Origin: a virus
Lineage: Duplodnaviria > Heunggongvirae > Uroviricota > Caudoviricetes
Length of the DNA stretch: 54,288 nt
Direction: 5' to 3' (one strand)
IMG/VR virus record: IMGVR_UViG_2585427966_000002
Shown here in pieces: positions 41,116 to 51,945 of this stretch. A program made the translations under genes and the position numbers. Each line of letters begins with the position of its first letter. Position 1 is the stretch's first letter. Below the pieces are notes generated by a model, which searched no databases, was not told where the DNA came from, and saw only the letters and a program-made list of their open reading frames with translations.

Positions 41116-41684
41116 AAACGGGGGCTGAAGCCATCCGGGCACTGGCCACACAGCTCCCGGCGTTTCGTCAGAAACTGAGCGACGGCTGGTATCAGGTACG
41201 GATTGCCGGGCGGGACGTCAGCACGTCCGGGTTAACGGCGCAGTTACATGAGACTCTGCCTGATGGCGCTGTGATTCATATTGTTCCCAGAGTCGCCGGG
41301 GCCAAGTCAGGTGGCGTATTCCAGATTGTCCTGGGGGCTGCCGCCATTGCCGGATCATTCTTTACCGCCGGAGCCACCCTTGCAGCATGGGGGGCAGCCA
41401 TTGGGGCCGGTGGTATGACCGGCATCCTGTTTTCTCTCGGTGCCAGTATGGTCCTCGGTGGTGTGGCGCAGATGCTGGCACCGAAAGCCAGAACTCCCCG
41501 TACACAGACAACGGATAACGGTAAGCAGAACACCTATTTCTCCTCACTGGATAACATGGTTGCCCAGGGCAATGTTCTGCCTGTTCTGTACGGGGAAATG
41601 CGCGTGGGGTCACGCGTGGTTTCTCAGGAGATCAGCACGGCAGACGAAGGGGACGGTGGTCAGGTTGTGGTGATTGGTCGCTGA
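41013..41684 (+). CDS. Tail assembly protein I (223 aa)
   Basis: MAATHTLPLASPGMARICLYGDLQRFGRRIDLRV... matches remembered lambda I; overlaps the K 3' end. Confidence 0.8.
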   Translation: MAATHTLPLASPGMARICLYGDLQRFGRRIDLRVKTGAEAIRALATQLPAFRQKLSDGWYQVRIAGRDVSTSGLTAQLHETLPDGAVIHIVPRVAGAKSGGVFQIVLGAAAIAGSFFTAGATLAAWGAAIGAGGMTGILFSLGASMVLGGVAQMLAPKARTPRTQTTDNGKQNTYFSSLDNMVAQGNVLPVLYGEMRVGSRVVSQEISTADEGDGGQVVVIGR

Positions 41685-41703
41685 TGCAAAATGTTTTATG
41701 TGA

Positions 41704-41725
41704 AACCGCCTGCGGGCGGTTTTGT
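41704..41725 (+). terminator. Hairpin (aaccgcc-tgcg-ggcggtt-ttgtc)
   Basis: Read directly between I and J; weak T-tract. Confidence 0.4.
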
Positions 41726-41744
41726 CATTTATGGAGCGTGAGGA

Positions 41745-44700
41745 ATGAGTAAAGGAAGCAGTAAGGGGCATACCCCGCGCGAAGCGAAGGACAACCTGAA
41801 GTCCACGCAGTTGCTGAGTGTGATCGATGCCATCAGCGAAGGGCCGGTTGAAGGTCCGGTGGATGGATTAAAAAGCGTGCTGCTGAACAGTACGCCGGTG
41901 CTGGACACTGAGGGGAATACCAACATCTCCGGTGTCACGGTGGTGTTCCGTGCCGGTGAGCAGGAGCAGACACCGCCGGAGGGGTTTGAATCCTCCGGCT
42001 CCGAGACGGTGCTGGGTACGGAAGTGAAGTACGACACGCCGATTACCCGGACCATCACGTCTGCAAACATCGACCGTCTGCGCTTTACCTTCGGTGTGCA
42101 GGCACTGGTGGAAACCACCTCAAAGGGGGACCGGAATCCGTCGGAAGTCCGCCTGCTGGTTCAGATACAGCGTAACGGTGGCTGGGTGACGGAAAAAGAC
42201 ATCACCATTAAAGGCAAAACCACCTCGCAGTATCTGGCCTCGGTGGTGGTGGATAACCTGCCGCCGCGCCCGTTTAATATCCGGATGCGCAGGATGACGC
42301 CGGACAGCACCACAGACCAGCTGCAGAACAAAACGCTCTGGTCGTCATACACCGAAATCATCGATGTGAAACAGTGCTACCCGAACACGGCACTGGTCGG
42401 CGTACAGGTGGACTCGGAGCAGTTCGGCAGCCAGCAGGTGAGTCGTAATTATCATCTTCGCGGGCGCATTCTGCAGGTGCCGTCGAACTATAACCCGCAG
42501 ACGCGACAATACAGCGGTATCTGGGACGGAACGTTTAAGCCAGCATACAGCAACAACATGGCCTGGTGTCTGTGGGATATGCTGACCCATCCGCGCTACG
42601 GCATGGGGAAACGTCTTGGTGCGGCGGATGTGGACAAATGGGCGCTGTATGTCATCGGCCAGTACTGCGACCAGTCAGTGCCGGACGGCTTTGGCGGCAC
42701 GGAGCCGCGCATCACCTGTAATGCGTACCTGACCACACAGCGCAAGGCGTGGGACGTTCTCAGTGATTTCTGCTCGGCGATGCGCTGTATGCCGGTATGG
42801 AACGGGCAGACGCTGACGTTCGTGCAGGACCGACCGTCGGATAAGGCGTGGACCTATAACCGCAGTAATGTGGTGATGCCGGATGATGGCGCGCCGTTCC
42901 GCTACAGCTTCAGCGCCCTGAAAGACCGCCATAATGCCGTTGAGGTGAACTGGATTGACCCGAACAACGGCTGGGAGACGGCGACAGAGCTTGTTGAAGA
43001 TACGCAGGCCATTGCCCGTTACGGTCGTAATGTTACGAAGATGGATGCCTTTGGCTGTACCAGCCGGGGGCAGGCACACCGCGCCGGGCTGTGGCTGATT
43101 AAAACGGAGCTGCTGGAGACGCAGACCGTGGATTTCAGCGTCGGCGCAGAAGGGCTTCGCCATGTACCGGGCGATGTTATTGAAATCTGCGATGATGACT
43201 ATGCCGGTATCAGCACCGGTGGTCGTGTGCTGGCGGTGAACAGCCAGACCCGGACGCTGACGCTCGACCGTGAAATCACGCTGCCATCCTCCGGTACCAC
43301 GCTGATAAGCCTGGTTGACGGAAGTGGCAATCCGGTCAGCGTGGAGGTTCAGTCCGTCAACGACGGCGTGAAGGTAAAAGTGAGCCGTGTTCCTGAGGGT
43401 GTTGCTGAATACAGCGTATGGGGGCTGAAGCTGCCGACGCTGCGCCAGCGCCTGTTCCGCTGCGTGAGTATCCGTGAGAACGACGACGGCACGTATGCCA
43501 TCACCGCCGTGCAGCATGTGCCGGAAAAAGAGGCCATCGTGGATAACGGGGCGCACTTTGACGGCGAACAGAGTGGCACGGTGAATGGTGTCACGCCGCC
43601 AGCGGTGCAGCACCTGACCGCAGAAGTCACTGCAGACAGCGGGGAATATCAGGTGCTGGCGCGATGGGACACACCGAAGGTGGTGAAGGGCGTGAGCTTC
43701 CTGCTCCGTCTGACCGTAACAGCGGACGACGGCAGTGAGCGGCTGGTCAGCACGGCCCGGACGACGGAAACCACATACCGCTTCACGCAACTGGCGCTGG
43801 GGAACTACAGGCTGACAGTCCGGGCGGTAAATGCGTGGGGGCAGCAGGGCGATGCGGCGTCGGTATCGTTCCGGATTGCCGCACCGGCAGCACCGTCGAG
43901 GATTGAGCTGACGCCGGGCTATTTTCAGATAACCGCCACGCCGCATCTTGCCATTTATGACCCGACGGTACAGTTTGAGTTCTGGTTCTCGGAAAAGCGG
44001 ATTACCGATATCAGGCAGGTTGAAACCACAGCCCGCTATCTTGGCACGGCGCTGTACTGGATAGCCGCCAGTATCAATATCAAACCGGGCCATGATTATT
44101 ATTTTTACATCCGCAGTGTGAACACCGTTGGCAAATCGGCATTTGTGGAGGCTGTTGGCCAGCCGAGTGATGATGCATCCGGCTATCTGGATTTTTTCAA
44201 AGGAGAGATAGGGAAAAGCCATCTGGCTCAGGAGCTGTGGACGCAGATTGATAACGGTCAGCTTGCGCCTGACCTGGCTGAAATCAGGACGTCCATTACG
44301 GATGTCAGCAATGAAATCACGCAGACCGTCAATAAGAAACTGGAAGACCAGAGTGCGGCAATTCAGCAGATACAGAAGGTTCAGGTTGATACAAATAATA
44401 ACCTGAACAGCATGTGGGCTGTGAAGCTGCAGCAGATGCAGGACGGACGCCTTTATATCGCGGGTATTGGTGCCGGTATTGAGAATACCCCTGACGGTAT
44501 GCAGAGTCAGGTGCTGCTGGCGGCGGACAGGATTGCGATGATTAATCCTGCGAATGGCAACACAAAGCCGATGTTTGTTGGTCAGGGCGATCAGATATTT
44601 ATGAATGAAGTGTTCCTGAAATATCTGACGGCTCCCACCATTACCAGCGGCGGTAATCCTCCGGCATTTTCCCTGACACCGGACGGGCGGCTGACGGCAA

Positions 44701-45224
44701 AAAATGCCGATATCAGCGGTAACGTGAATGCGAACTCCGGGACGCTCAACAACGTCACGATTAACGAGAACTGCCGGGTTCTGGGAAAACTGTCCGCGAA
44801 CCAGATTGAAGGCGATCTCGTTAAAACAGTGGGCAAAGCTTTCCCCCGTGACTCCCGTGCACCGGAACGGTGGCCATCAGGGACCATTACCGTCAGGGTT
44901 TATGACGATCAGCCGTTTGACCGGCAAATTGTTATTCCAGCGGTGGCTTTCAGCGGTGCCAGACATGAACGGGAGAATAGCGATACTTATTCGTCATGCC
45001 GCCTGATAGTGAAGAAAAACGGGGCTGAAATTTATAACCGAACGGCTCTGGATAATACTCTGATTTACACGGGTGTTATTGATATGCCTGCAGGCAGTGG
45101 CGTAATGACACTGGAGTTTTCGGTATCAGCATGGTGGGTAAATGGCTGGTATCCCACAGCAAGTATCAGCGATTTGCTGGTTGTGGTGATGAAGAAAGCC
45201 ACCGCAGGCATCAGTATCAGCTGA
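41745..45224 (+). CDS. Host specificity / central tail fibre protein J (1159 aa)
   Basis: Size, position and lambda J-like sequence; fibronectin-like internal region. Confidence 0.9.
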   Translation: MSKGSSKGHTPREAKDNLKSTQLLSVIDAISEGPVEGPVDGLKSVLLNSTPVLDTEGNTNISGVTVVFRAGEQEQTPPEGFESSGSETVLGTEVKYDTPITRTITSANIDRLRFTFGVQALVETTSKGDRNPSEVRLLVQIQRNGGWVTEKDITIKGKTTSQYLASVVVDNLPPRPFNIRMRRMTPDSTTDQLQNKTLWSSYTEIIDVKQCYPNTALVGVQVDSEQFGSQQVSRNYHLRGRILQVPSNYNPQTRQYSGIWDGTFKPAYSNNMAWCLWDMLTHPRYGMGKRLGAADVDKWALYVIGQYCDQSVPDGFGGTEPRITCNAYLTTQRKAWDVLSDFCSAMRCMPVWNGQTLTFVQDRPSDKAWTYNRSNVVMPDDGAPFRYSFSALKDRHNAVEVNWIDPNNGWETATELVEDTQAIARYGRNVTKMDAFGCTSRGQAHRAGLWLIKTELLETQTVDFSVGAEGLRHVPGDVIEICDDDYAGISTGGRVLAVNSQTRTLTLDREITLPSSGTTLISLVDGSGNPVSVEVQSVNDGVKVKVSRVPEGVAEYSVWGLKLPTLRQRLFRCVSIRENDDGTYAITAVQHVPEKEAIVDNGAHFDGEQSGTVNGVTPPAVQHLTAEVTADSGEYQVLARWDTPKVVKGVSFLLRLTVTADDGSERLVSTARTTETTYRFTQLALGNYRLTVRAVNAWGQQGDAASVSFRIAAPAAPSRIELTPGYFQITATPHLAIYDPTVQFEFWFSEKRITDIRQVETTARYLGTALYWIAASINIKPGHDYYFYIRSVNTVGKSAFVEAVGQPSDDASGYLDFFKGEIGKSHLAQELWTQIDNGQLAPDLAEIRTSITDVSNEITQTVNKKLEDQSAAIQQIQKVQVDTNNNLNSMWAVKLQQMQDGRLYIAGIGAGIENTPDGMQSQVLLAADRIAMINPANGNTKPMFVGQGDQIFMNEVFLKYLTAPTITSGGNPPAFSLTPDGRLTAKNADISGNVNANSGTLNNVTINENCRVLGKLSANQIEGDLVKTVGKAFPRDSRAPERWPSGTITVRVYDDQPFDRQIVIPAVAFSGARHERENSDTYSSCRLIVKKNGAEIYNRTALDNTLIYTGVIDMPAGSGVMTLEFSVSAWWVNGWYPTASISDLLVVVMKKATAGISIS

Positions 45225-45291
45225 ATTTTATAACCCCAATACGGGCGTCAGAAATGACGCCTTTTTTATTGCAGAAAAGCGAGAGGTAATT

Positions 45292-45891
45292 ATGCGTAAA
45301 TTATGTGCTGTTATTCTGTCCGCAGTAGTCTGGCTGGTTGCCGCTGGTACGCCAGCGAGCGCAGCAGAGCATCAGTCCACACTAAGCGCCGGGTATCTTC
45401 AGGCCCATACTGATATGCCAGGCAGTGATGACCTGAAGGGCATTAACGTGAAATACCGTTATGAATTTACGGACACGCTGGGGCTGGTGACGTCATTCAG
45501 TTATGCCAATGCCAAAGATGAGCAAAAAACGCATTACAGCGATACCCGCTGGCATGAAGATTCAGTGCGTAACCGCTGGTTCAGCATGATGGCGGGGCCA
45601 TCTGTACGCGTGAATGAATGGTTCAGTGCTTATGCGATGGCAGGTGTGGCTTACAGCCGTGTTTCGACGTTCTCCGGGGATTATCTCCGCGTAACTGACA
45701 ACAAGGGGAAAACGCACGATGTGCTGACCGGAAGTGATGACGATCGCCACAGCAACACGTCTCTGGCGTGGGGAGCTGGCGTGCAGTTTAACCCGACCGA
45801 ATCCGTGGCCATTGATATTGCTTATGAAGGCTCCGGCAGTGGCGACTGGCGCACTGACGGTTTCATCGTGGGTGTCGGTTATAAGTTCTGA
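45292..45891 (+). CDS. lomR: Lom-family outer membrane beta-barrel protein (199 aa), uninterrupted
   Basis: Signal peptide; Ail/Lom-like with C-terminal GYKF; no IS interruption. Confidence 0.85.
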   Translation: MRKLCAVILSAVVWLVAAGTPASAAEHQSTLSAGYLQAHTDMPGSDDLKGINVKYRYEFTDTLGLVTSFSYANAKDEQKTHYSDTRWHEDSVRNRWFSMMAGPSVRVNEWFSAYAMAGVAYSRVSTFSGDYLRVTDNKGKTHDVLTGSDDDRHSNTSLAWGAGVQFNPTESVAIDIAYEGSGSGDWRTDGFIVGVGYKF

Positions 45892-45917
45892 TTAGCCAGG
45901 TAACACAGTGTTATGAC

Positions 45918-45945
45918 AGCCCGCCGGTTCAGGCGGGCTTTTTTG
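45918..45945 (+). terminator. Rho-independent terminator (agcccgcc-ggttca-ggcgggct-tttttt)
   Basis: 8-bp GC stem plus T-tract read directly after lom. Confidence 0.6.
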
Positions 45946-45949
45946 TGGA

Positions 45950-48331
45950 GTGGATATGGCAGCAGTAAAAATCTCAGGTGTGCTGAAAGATGGTGCGGGA
46001 AAACCAATACAGAACTGCACTATTCAACTGAAGGCAAAGCGTAACAGCACCACGGTACTGGTGAACACGGTGGCCTCTGAAAATCCGGATGAAGCCGGGC
46101 GTTACAGCATGGATGTTGAGTATGGTCAGTACAGCGTCACCCTGCTGGTTGAAGGTTTTCCGCCTTCACATGCCGGGACCATTACCGTCTATGAAGGTTC
46201 CAGACCAGGTACGCTGAATGATTTTCTCGGTGCCATGACGGAAGATGATGTCATGCCGGAGGCATTGCGTCGTTTTGAGGAAATGGTGGAAGAAGCGGCA
46301 CGCAACGCTGAAGCCGCCTCTCAGAGCGCAGCGGCGGCAAAGAAATCCGAAACTGCAACGGCATCATCGAAGAACGCGGCGAAAACCTCAGAAACGAATG
46401 CAGCTAACAGCGCACAGGCGGCAGCGGCCTCGCAGACTGCATCGGCAAACTCCGCAACAGCAGCTAAAAAATCAGAAACCAACGCGAAAAATAGCGAGAC
46501 AGCCGCAAAGACGAGCGAAACCAACGCAAAGTCCAGCCAGACGGCAGCGAAGACCAGCGAAACGAATGCCAAAGCCAGTGAAACTGCGGCAAAAAACAGC
46601 CAGGTTGCAGCAGCCCAAAGCGAGAGCGCGGCAGCCGGTTCTGCGACTTCAGCAGCTGGATCAGCAACTGCTACGGCTAACAGCCAGAAAGCTGCGAAGA
46701 CGAGTGAAACTAACGCAAAGTCCAGCCAGACGGCAGCGAAGACCAGCGAAACGAATGCCAAAGCCAGTGAAACTGCGGCGAAAAGCAGTCAGGATGCAGC
46801 GGCTCAAAGCGAGAGTGCCGCAGCCAGTTCTGCAAGCGCGGCGGCTGCTTCTGCCACTGCATCAGCTAACAGTCAAAAAGCAGCAAAAACCAGTGAAACC
46901 AACGCAAAGGTGAGCGAAACAGCGGCTGCGAACTCAGCGAAAGCATCGGCAGCAAGCCAGACGGCAGCTAAAGCAAGCGAAGATGCAGCCAGAGAGTACG
47001 CAAGCCAGGCTGCGGAGCCGTATAAATATGTCTTACAGCCGCTGCCTGATGTGTGGATACCATTTAACGATTCGCTGGATATGATTACGGGCTTTTCGCC
47101 GTCATATAAAAAAATTGTTATTGGTGACGATGAAATAACGATGCCTGGCGACAAGATTGTTAAGTTTAAACGTGCATCGAAAGCAACCTATATTAACAAA
47201 TCTGGTGTGCTGACAGAGGCTGCCATTGACGAGCCACGATTTGAACGTGATGGCCTGCTTATTGAGGGGCAAAGAACAAACTACATGCTCAATTCGGAAA
47301 GCCCTGCCAGTTGGGGGCGATCTTCAAATATGGATGTGCCCGAAACAGGGACGGATAATTTTGGTTTTACCTATGGAAAGTTTGTCTGCAACGATTCTCT
47401 GATTGGGCAAACCTCAGCCATTAATATGGCATCAATTGCTGCAACAAAGTCAGTTGATGTCTCAGGCGATAATAAACACGTGACAACCTCATGTCGTTTT
47501 AAAACAGAACTGCAGGTAAGGTTGCGTATCCGGTTTGATAAATATGACGGTAGCGCAACAACTTTTCTTGGTGATGCGTATATTGATACACAAACGCTTG
47601 AAATTAATATGACAGGCGGTGCTGCCTCAAGGATTACAGCGAGAGTCAGAAAGGACGAAGCTACCGGATGGATTTTTGCAGAGGCAACAATTCAGGCAAT
47701 TGATGGGGAGCTAAAAATAGGCTCTCAGATACAGTATTCTCCTAAGCAGAGCGGGGCAACCGTATCTGGTGACTATATTTATCTGGCCACCCCACAAGTA
47801 GAAGATGGGCCTTGTGTATCATCTTTTATTATATCAGGAGCGACGGCGGCGACCCGCGCAAGCGATATAGTTACAGTTCCAATTAAGAATAATCTTTATA
47901 ATCTTCCTTTTACGGTTCTTTGTGAGGTACATAAGAACTGGTATAAAACGCCAAATGCAGCGCCACGTGTTTTTGATACCGGCGGTCATCAAACCGGAGC
48001 GGCTATTATTCTTGGCTTCGGTCGTTCAACAGATTACGACGGATTTCCTTATTGCGATATTGGAGGAGCTAACAGACGGGTAAACGAAAACGCATCGCTT
48101 GAAAAAATGGTTATGGGGATGCGTGTAAAGTCAGAGCAGTCTACGTGCTCAGTAAGTAACGGGCATATATCCAGCGAAACAAAAACCACATGGTCCTGTA
48201 TTCAGAACACCGCAATTATCCGTATTGGAGGCCAGACTACAGCCGGGTTACGTCATTTATTTGGTCATGTCAGGAATTTCAGAATATGGCACAAGGCATT
48301 GACTGATGCTCAGGTGGGGGAGTCAATCTAA
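45950..48331 (+). CDS. stfR: Side tail fibre protein (Stf-like N-terminus, Ala-rich repeat shaft), 793 aa
   Basis: N-terminus (VKISGVLKDGAGKPIQNCTIQLKAKRNSTTV...) matches remembered lambda Stf / StfR; internal AAKTSETNAKxSxTAAK repeats. Confidence 0.8.
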   Translation: MDMAAVKISGVLKDGAGKPIQNCTIQLKAKRNSTTVLVNTVASENPDEAGRYSMDVEYGQYSVTLLVEGFPPSHAGTITVYEGSRPGTLNDFLGAMTEDDVMPEALRRFEEMVEEAARNAEAASQSAAAAKKSETATASSKNAAKTSETNAANSAQAAAASQTASANSATAAKKSETNAKNSETAAKTSETNAKSSQTAAKTSETNAKASETAAKNSQVAAAQSESAAAGSATSAAGSATATANSQKAAKTSETNAKSSQTAAKTSETNAKASETAAKSSQDAAAQSESAAASSASAAAASATASANSQKAAKTSETNAKVSETAAANSAKASAASQTAAKASEDAAREYASQAAEPYKYVLQPLPDVWIPFNDSLDMITGFSPSYKKIVIGDDEITMPGDKIVKFKRASKATYINKSGVLTEAAIDEPRFERDGLLIEGQRTNYMLNSESPASWGRSSNMDVPETGTDNFGFTYGKFVCNDSLIGQTSAINMASIAATKSVDVSGDNKHVTTSCRFKTELQVRLRIRFDKYDGSATTFLGDAYIDTQTLEINMTGGAASRITARVRKDEATGWIFAEATIQAIDGELKIGSQIQYSPKQSGATVSGDYIYLATPQVEDGPCVSSFIISGATAATRASDIVTVPIKNNLYNLPFTVLCEVHKNWYKTPNAAPRVFDTGGHQTGAAIILGFGRSTDYDGFPYCDIGGANRRVNENASLEKMVMGMRVKSEQSTCSVSNGHISSETKTTWSCIQNTAIIRIGGQTTAGLRHLFGHVRNFRIWHKALTDAQVGESI
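46320..46960 (+). repeat. Imperfect tandem repeats within stf encoding the Ala/Ser/Thr-rich shaft
   Basis: Units such as AAKTSETNAKSSQTAAKTSETNAKASETAAK recur at least twice (about 46500-46610 and 46690-46800) with shorter variants. Confidence 0.6.
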
Positions 48332-48612
48332 TGAAAGATTTAACACTCAAATTTGCCGACAGGGCCGACTTTTCGGCCTTTATGGATAGCACTGGCTATT
48401 ATGATGACGAGTCGATGCAGGATGATATTCTTATTGACGTGATAGGTAACGTGTACAAAGAAACCGGAGAACTGACTGAAGATGGCGAACCGGTATGTGT
48501 TAAGGAAGACGGATATTTTGTAAACGTGCGCATCATTAATGATTCGCAAATATCGTCATTATTCGATGAATACGTGGTTGCTGTTGAGCATCAACTTCGT
48601 GGCTGGATGTGA
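48331..48612 (+). CDS. Hypothetical acidic protein (93 aa) between the tail fibre genes
   Basis: Track ORF; ATG overlaps the stf stop. Confidence 0.45.
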   Translation: MKDLTLKFADRADFSAFMDSTGYYDDESMQDDILIDVIGNVYKETGELTEDGEPVCVKEDGYFVNVRIINDSQISSLFDEYVVAVEHQLRGWM

Positions 48613-48621
48613 GGAAGAAAA

Positions 48622-49662
48622 ATGGCTACATCGACAGTAATTCCTGATGACATCAAAACGCTAAAATCCGACGTTAGCAAATTAAAAAACGATCAAGGAA
48701 GCTACGCAACAAAATTATATGTAGACAGCAAAGATGAAATCGTTGGTGACTGGTCTGCTTCATGGTATCAGCAGGTATTGCCAACTAGCGGAGCTATATT
48801 TGGGAGAAAACTCCGCTCAACTCACAGGACGGCAGGTGTTGAGGATGCGTATTGCGAACTATACCTCAAAAAATGGATAGACAGTCCAGGTAACGCAATG
48901 GCGCGCCTTAACCTGAACGATAACGGGACAAACATTTGCTGGGACTTTACCAACCTTTATGGCGGTACGATGATTTTTCCCGGTGACAGCGGATACCTCA
49001 AAATGGGTAACTGCCTTATGTCATACAGCAAGCGTGGAAGTAGCGCGCTTATTAAATTTGATTACACCGACACATTACAGATCAAATATGCCAATCATGG
49101 GTCAACCATGACATTAAACACACAGGGAACCGCTTATGCTGGTGTTACTGCTCAATTGTGGGGCAACACCAGCCGTCCTGTTGTTTATGAAGTCGGTGTT
49201 GATGGTGGCGCTTATATGTTCTATGCGCAGAAAAATACCGATAACACCTATATGTTAAGCGTTAATGGTGCATGTCATGCCACCGCATTTAACCAGCATT
49301 CCGACCGGGATCTGAAAGACAACATTCAGGTGATCGATAATGCAACCGACCGCATCCGTAAAATGAACGGCTATACATACACGCTTAAAGAAAACGGTAT
49401 GCCCTATGCTGGTGTCATTGCACAGGAAGCTCTGGAAGCAATCCCAGAAGTTGTAGGTTCCGCAATGAAATATCAGGACGGTGCAAGCGGATCGGAAGGT
49501 GAAGAAGGTGAACGTTATTACACAGTAGATTATTCTGGTGTTACTGGCTTGCTTGTTCAGGTAGCCAGAGAGTCAGACGACAGAATAACAGCACTGGAAG
49601 AAGAAAACGCAGAATTAAGACAAAGATTATCTGCAATTGAGGCGGCGCTTGCGTCTAAATAA
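48622..49662 (+). CDS. Tail fibre protein with C-terminal intramolecular chaperone (Peptidase S74-like) domain, 346 aa
   Basis: SDRDLKDNIQVI motif followed by a ...ALEEENAELRQRL coiled-coil tail, which I recognise as the autoproteolytic chaperone signature. Confidence 0.7.
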   Translation: MATSTVIPDDIKTLKSDVSKLKNDQGSYATKLYVDSKDEIVGDWSASWYQQVLPTSGAIFGRKLRSTHRTAGVEDAYCELYLKKWIDSPGNAMARLNLNDNGTNICWDFTNLYGGTMIFPGDSGYLKMGNCLMSYSKRGSSALIKFDYTDTLQIKYANHGSTMTLNTQGTAYAGVTAQLWGNTSRPVVYEVGVDGGAYMFYAQKNTDNTYMLSVNGACHATAFNQHSDRDLKDNIQVIDNATDRIRKMNGYTYTLKENGMPYAGVIAQEALEAIPEVVGSAMKYQDGASGSEGEEGERYYTVDYSGVTGLLVQVARESDDRITALEEENAELRQRLSAIEAALASK

Positions 49663-49668
49663 TATTAA

Positions 49669-49688
49669 GGGGCCGAGCGCCCCGTTTT
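49669..49688 (+). terminator. Hairpin (ggggc-cgagc-gcccc-gtttt)
   Basis: Read directly after the tail fibre gene. Confidence 0.45.
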
Positions 49689-49689
49689 A

Positions 49690-49998
49690 TTGGGTAGGAT
49701 GAAAATGGATATAACACCTTTCCTTCATGCGCTTTGTGCTGTGGCTGCGCAGCTACTGATTGGTCTTTTTACCGGGAACTGGGCTTACGGGGCGATAGCC
49801 GGTTGTACGTTCTTCATTGCGCGTGAACACACCCAGGCAGAATATCGCTGGATTGAAATGTTCGGGCATGGCAAGCGAATGAATATGCCGTGGTGGGGCG
49901 GTTTTGATCCGCGCGCGTGGGATGTGGCAAGCCTGATGGATTTTGCTGTGCCGGTGGTGGCGTGTCTGCTGGTCTGGCTGTTGGTTAATCGTGGGTGA
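49690..49998 (+). CDS. Hypothetical membrane protein (102 aa, two predicted TM segments)
   Basis: Track ORF; hydrophobic stretches; sits where tfa would be expected. Confidence 0.4.
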   Translation: MGRMKMDITPFLHALCAVAAQLLIGLFTGNWAYGAIAGCTFFIAREHTQAEYRWIEMFGHGKRMNMPWWGGFDPRAWDVASLMDFAVPVVACLLVWLLVNRG

Positions 49999-50008
49999 AA
50001 AAAGGTGA

Positions 50009-50128
50009 GCTGTATATGCAACGGAGGAAGAAACCTCGTTGCGGGAAGCCTGGAAGAAGTATCGGGTGTTGCTGAACCGTGTTGATACGTCAACTGCACA
50101 GGATATTGAATGGCCAGCACTGCCGTAG
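50009..50128 (+). pseudogene. Tail fibre assembly (tfa) 3' remnant, C-terminal ~39 codons only
   Basis: Translation ...[36 protein letters not shown] matches the Tfa C-terminus as I recall it; an in-frame stop lies immediately upstream and there is no start. Confidence 0.6.
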
Positions 50129-50225
50129 GGTAAAACATATAAATTCTATAATTAGATGTATCTTTCCATTTACGGCAAGGAAGGGGGCTTGGAAGACGTA
50201 AGGCATCTCACACCGAGATTATTTT

Positions 50226-50816
50226 TTATATGTCAGGTGTCTGAAGTTTTGCTTTGGCTCTTAAAATGGTTTGCCGCGAGGTTTTGAATTCCCGGGCAAT
50301 GGCACTTATACTTACACCTGACTTAATCCGTTCGAATACCACCTGTTTCTGTTCTTCATTTAACACAGGTGGTCGACCAAAACGTTTCCCTGCGCCCCGG
50401 GCTCTTACTATCCCGGAATGAGTGCGTTCAAGTAAAAGGTCTCGTCCAAATTCAGCGACTGCTGAAATTACTTGCATCATCATTTTTCCTGTTGGACTGG
50501 TCAGGTCAATGCCCCCCAATGCTAAGCAATGCACTCTGATACCTGTTTCGGTCAGTTGTTCCACTGTTTTCCTGATATCCATTGCATTACAACCAAGGCG
50601 ATCCAGTTTTGTCACAATCAATTGATCACCACATTTCAGGCGAGCAAGCAACCGGTTAAAACCAGGACGCTCACTGGTTGCTGCTGAGCCGCTAATGTGT
50701 TCTTCGATTATTTGCTGAGGTTTGATTTTAAAACCTGCACTTTCGATTTCCCGGCGTTGATTTTCGGTGGTCTGATCCAGCGTTGATATCCGACAGTAAG
50801 CAAAAATTCGAGACAT
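50226..50816 (-). CDS. pinR: Serine recombinase / DNA invertase (Pin/Gin/Hin family), 196 aa
   Basis: N-terminal catalytic Ser region ([15 protein letters not shown]) and C-terminal HTH. Confidence 0.9.
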   Translation of the reverse strand: MSRIFAYCRISTLDQTTENQRREIESAGFKIKPQQIIEEHISGSAATSERPGFNRLLARLKCGDQLIVTKLDRLGCNAMDIRKTVEQLTETGIRVHCLALGGIDLTSPTGKMMMQVISAVAEFGRDLLLERTHSGIVRARGAGKRFGRPPVLNEEQKQVVFERIKSGVSISAIAREFKTSRQTILRAKAKLQTPDI

Positions 50817-51132
50817 AGTGAGACTCTATACGAAATTGGTGTTCATATCATAATGCATCTCAGAAAATAATTTTGATTATTTTTGTGCATGTTTGTATGT
50901 ACACGTTCGAAAATAAACGAATGCGTATGCAACCCCGTAATTTTGGTGAGACCCAAAATCGATTTTGTGAAAAATAGCTTTAACTCGGTTTGTTTTTCGA
51001 GTTCCGGGCGGACTCAAGGAAGAAGAATAGTGTTGCGTGTTATTTTAACCAGATTTCAAGTTGTTTGGTCGTGGAAAAGTGGAGCAAAATGTTGTTAAAG
51101 TGGAAAAATGATAAAAAAGTAAGTTTATTATA

Positions 51133-51366
51133 TTACATTTTACCATTTAAATTTTGGTTGTCTTTAAGAACTGATATCGCTGTTTGTAATAATTCTTTGT
51201 TATCCAGCCATGATTTTTTCTTTATGTTTCCTTCAATGTAATCAAGCAATGTTCTGGTATTGATAGGTCTTCCCTGTTTTGCTACTTCCACTACAGCATC
51301 CCCTAGGATAATTCTTACTTCAGGAAGCTGCGCAGGGAACCACTTTAGGGTGTCTTTTGATTTCAT
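51133..51366 (-). CDS. ynaE: YnaE/YdfK-like protein (77 aa)
   Basis: Track ORF 51133-51399 trimmed to MKSKDTLKWFPAQL; matches remembered YnaE. Confidence 0.65.
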   Translation of the reverse strand: MKSKDTLKWFPAQLPEVRIILGDAVVEVAKQGRPINTRTLLDYIEGNIKKKSWLDNKELLQTAISVLKDNQNLNGKM

Positions 51367-51945
51367 GAAGATATTCCTTAAAATATTATTGATTTTCATT
51401 GCGATATTGTATGTCTGATTCAGGATATGTTGACTTATACATCGGTTTTGTCTGGGTTATTGGATATGCCAATCCCTAATTTTATTAGGGCATGACTAAA
51501 AATGCTGAATATGATAAGGAGAGATGTGATTATCAGTATGCTGTTCATATAGCCTCGAATTAGTAATGTGTTATATATGATATAGTTGACAATTTTTATC
51601 CTGGGTGTTCTTAAAGTTCGTAGATAAACATTGTCGTTTCAGGTATACAGGAATGCTAACAGGTGGCAGCAAAAATCAGGCGGTTTATGGCGCAAGCTGA
51701 AGCGGCAACTGCAAACTATCTTATGCAGAGACTCTACACGGATTGGGTTTAAAAGTATACATAGATAACAGTTTTTATCTGAAGAAGAAAAATATCAAGG
51801 TGATATAGCCTATATGCCTATGATGCGGAGGAATGAATGTGATGGGAGTGATGTATCTGAATAGTTGAAAAACCGCAGTCACGTCGTATGCAAGAACGTG
51901 CTGCGGTTGGTTTGACTTTGATTGAGACGTTTTGGAATTTTTTTC

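Noticed and set aside
42675-44222. 515-aa minus-strand ORF inside the J gene
   Set aside because: Arg/Pro/Ala/His-rich translation typical of an antisense frame in GC-rich coding DNA; the J frame is lambda-like and continuous.
46245-46913. 222-aa Arg/Gln-rich plus-strand ORF and 146-aa minus-strand ORF across the stf repeats
   Set aside because: Alternative-frame artefacts of the GC-rich tandem repeats; the stf frame is continuous with a recognisable N-terminus.
49690-50226. Pin-invertible segment with alternative tail-fibre C-termini
   Set aside because: I could not find a pair of about 26-bp inverted crossover sites, and only a single stop-bounded tfa 3' fragment is present; it is treated as a remnant rather than an active switch, though alignment is needed to be sure.
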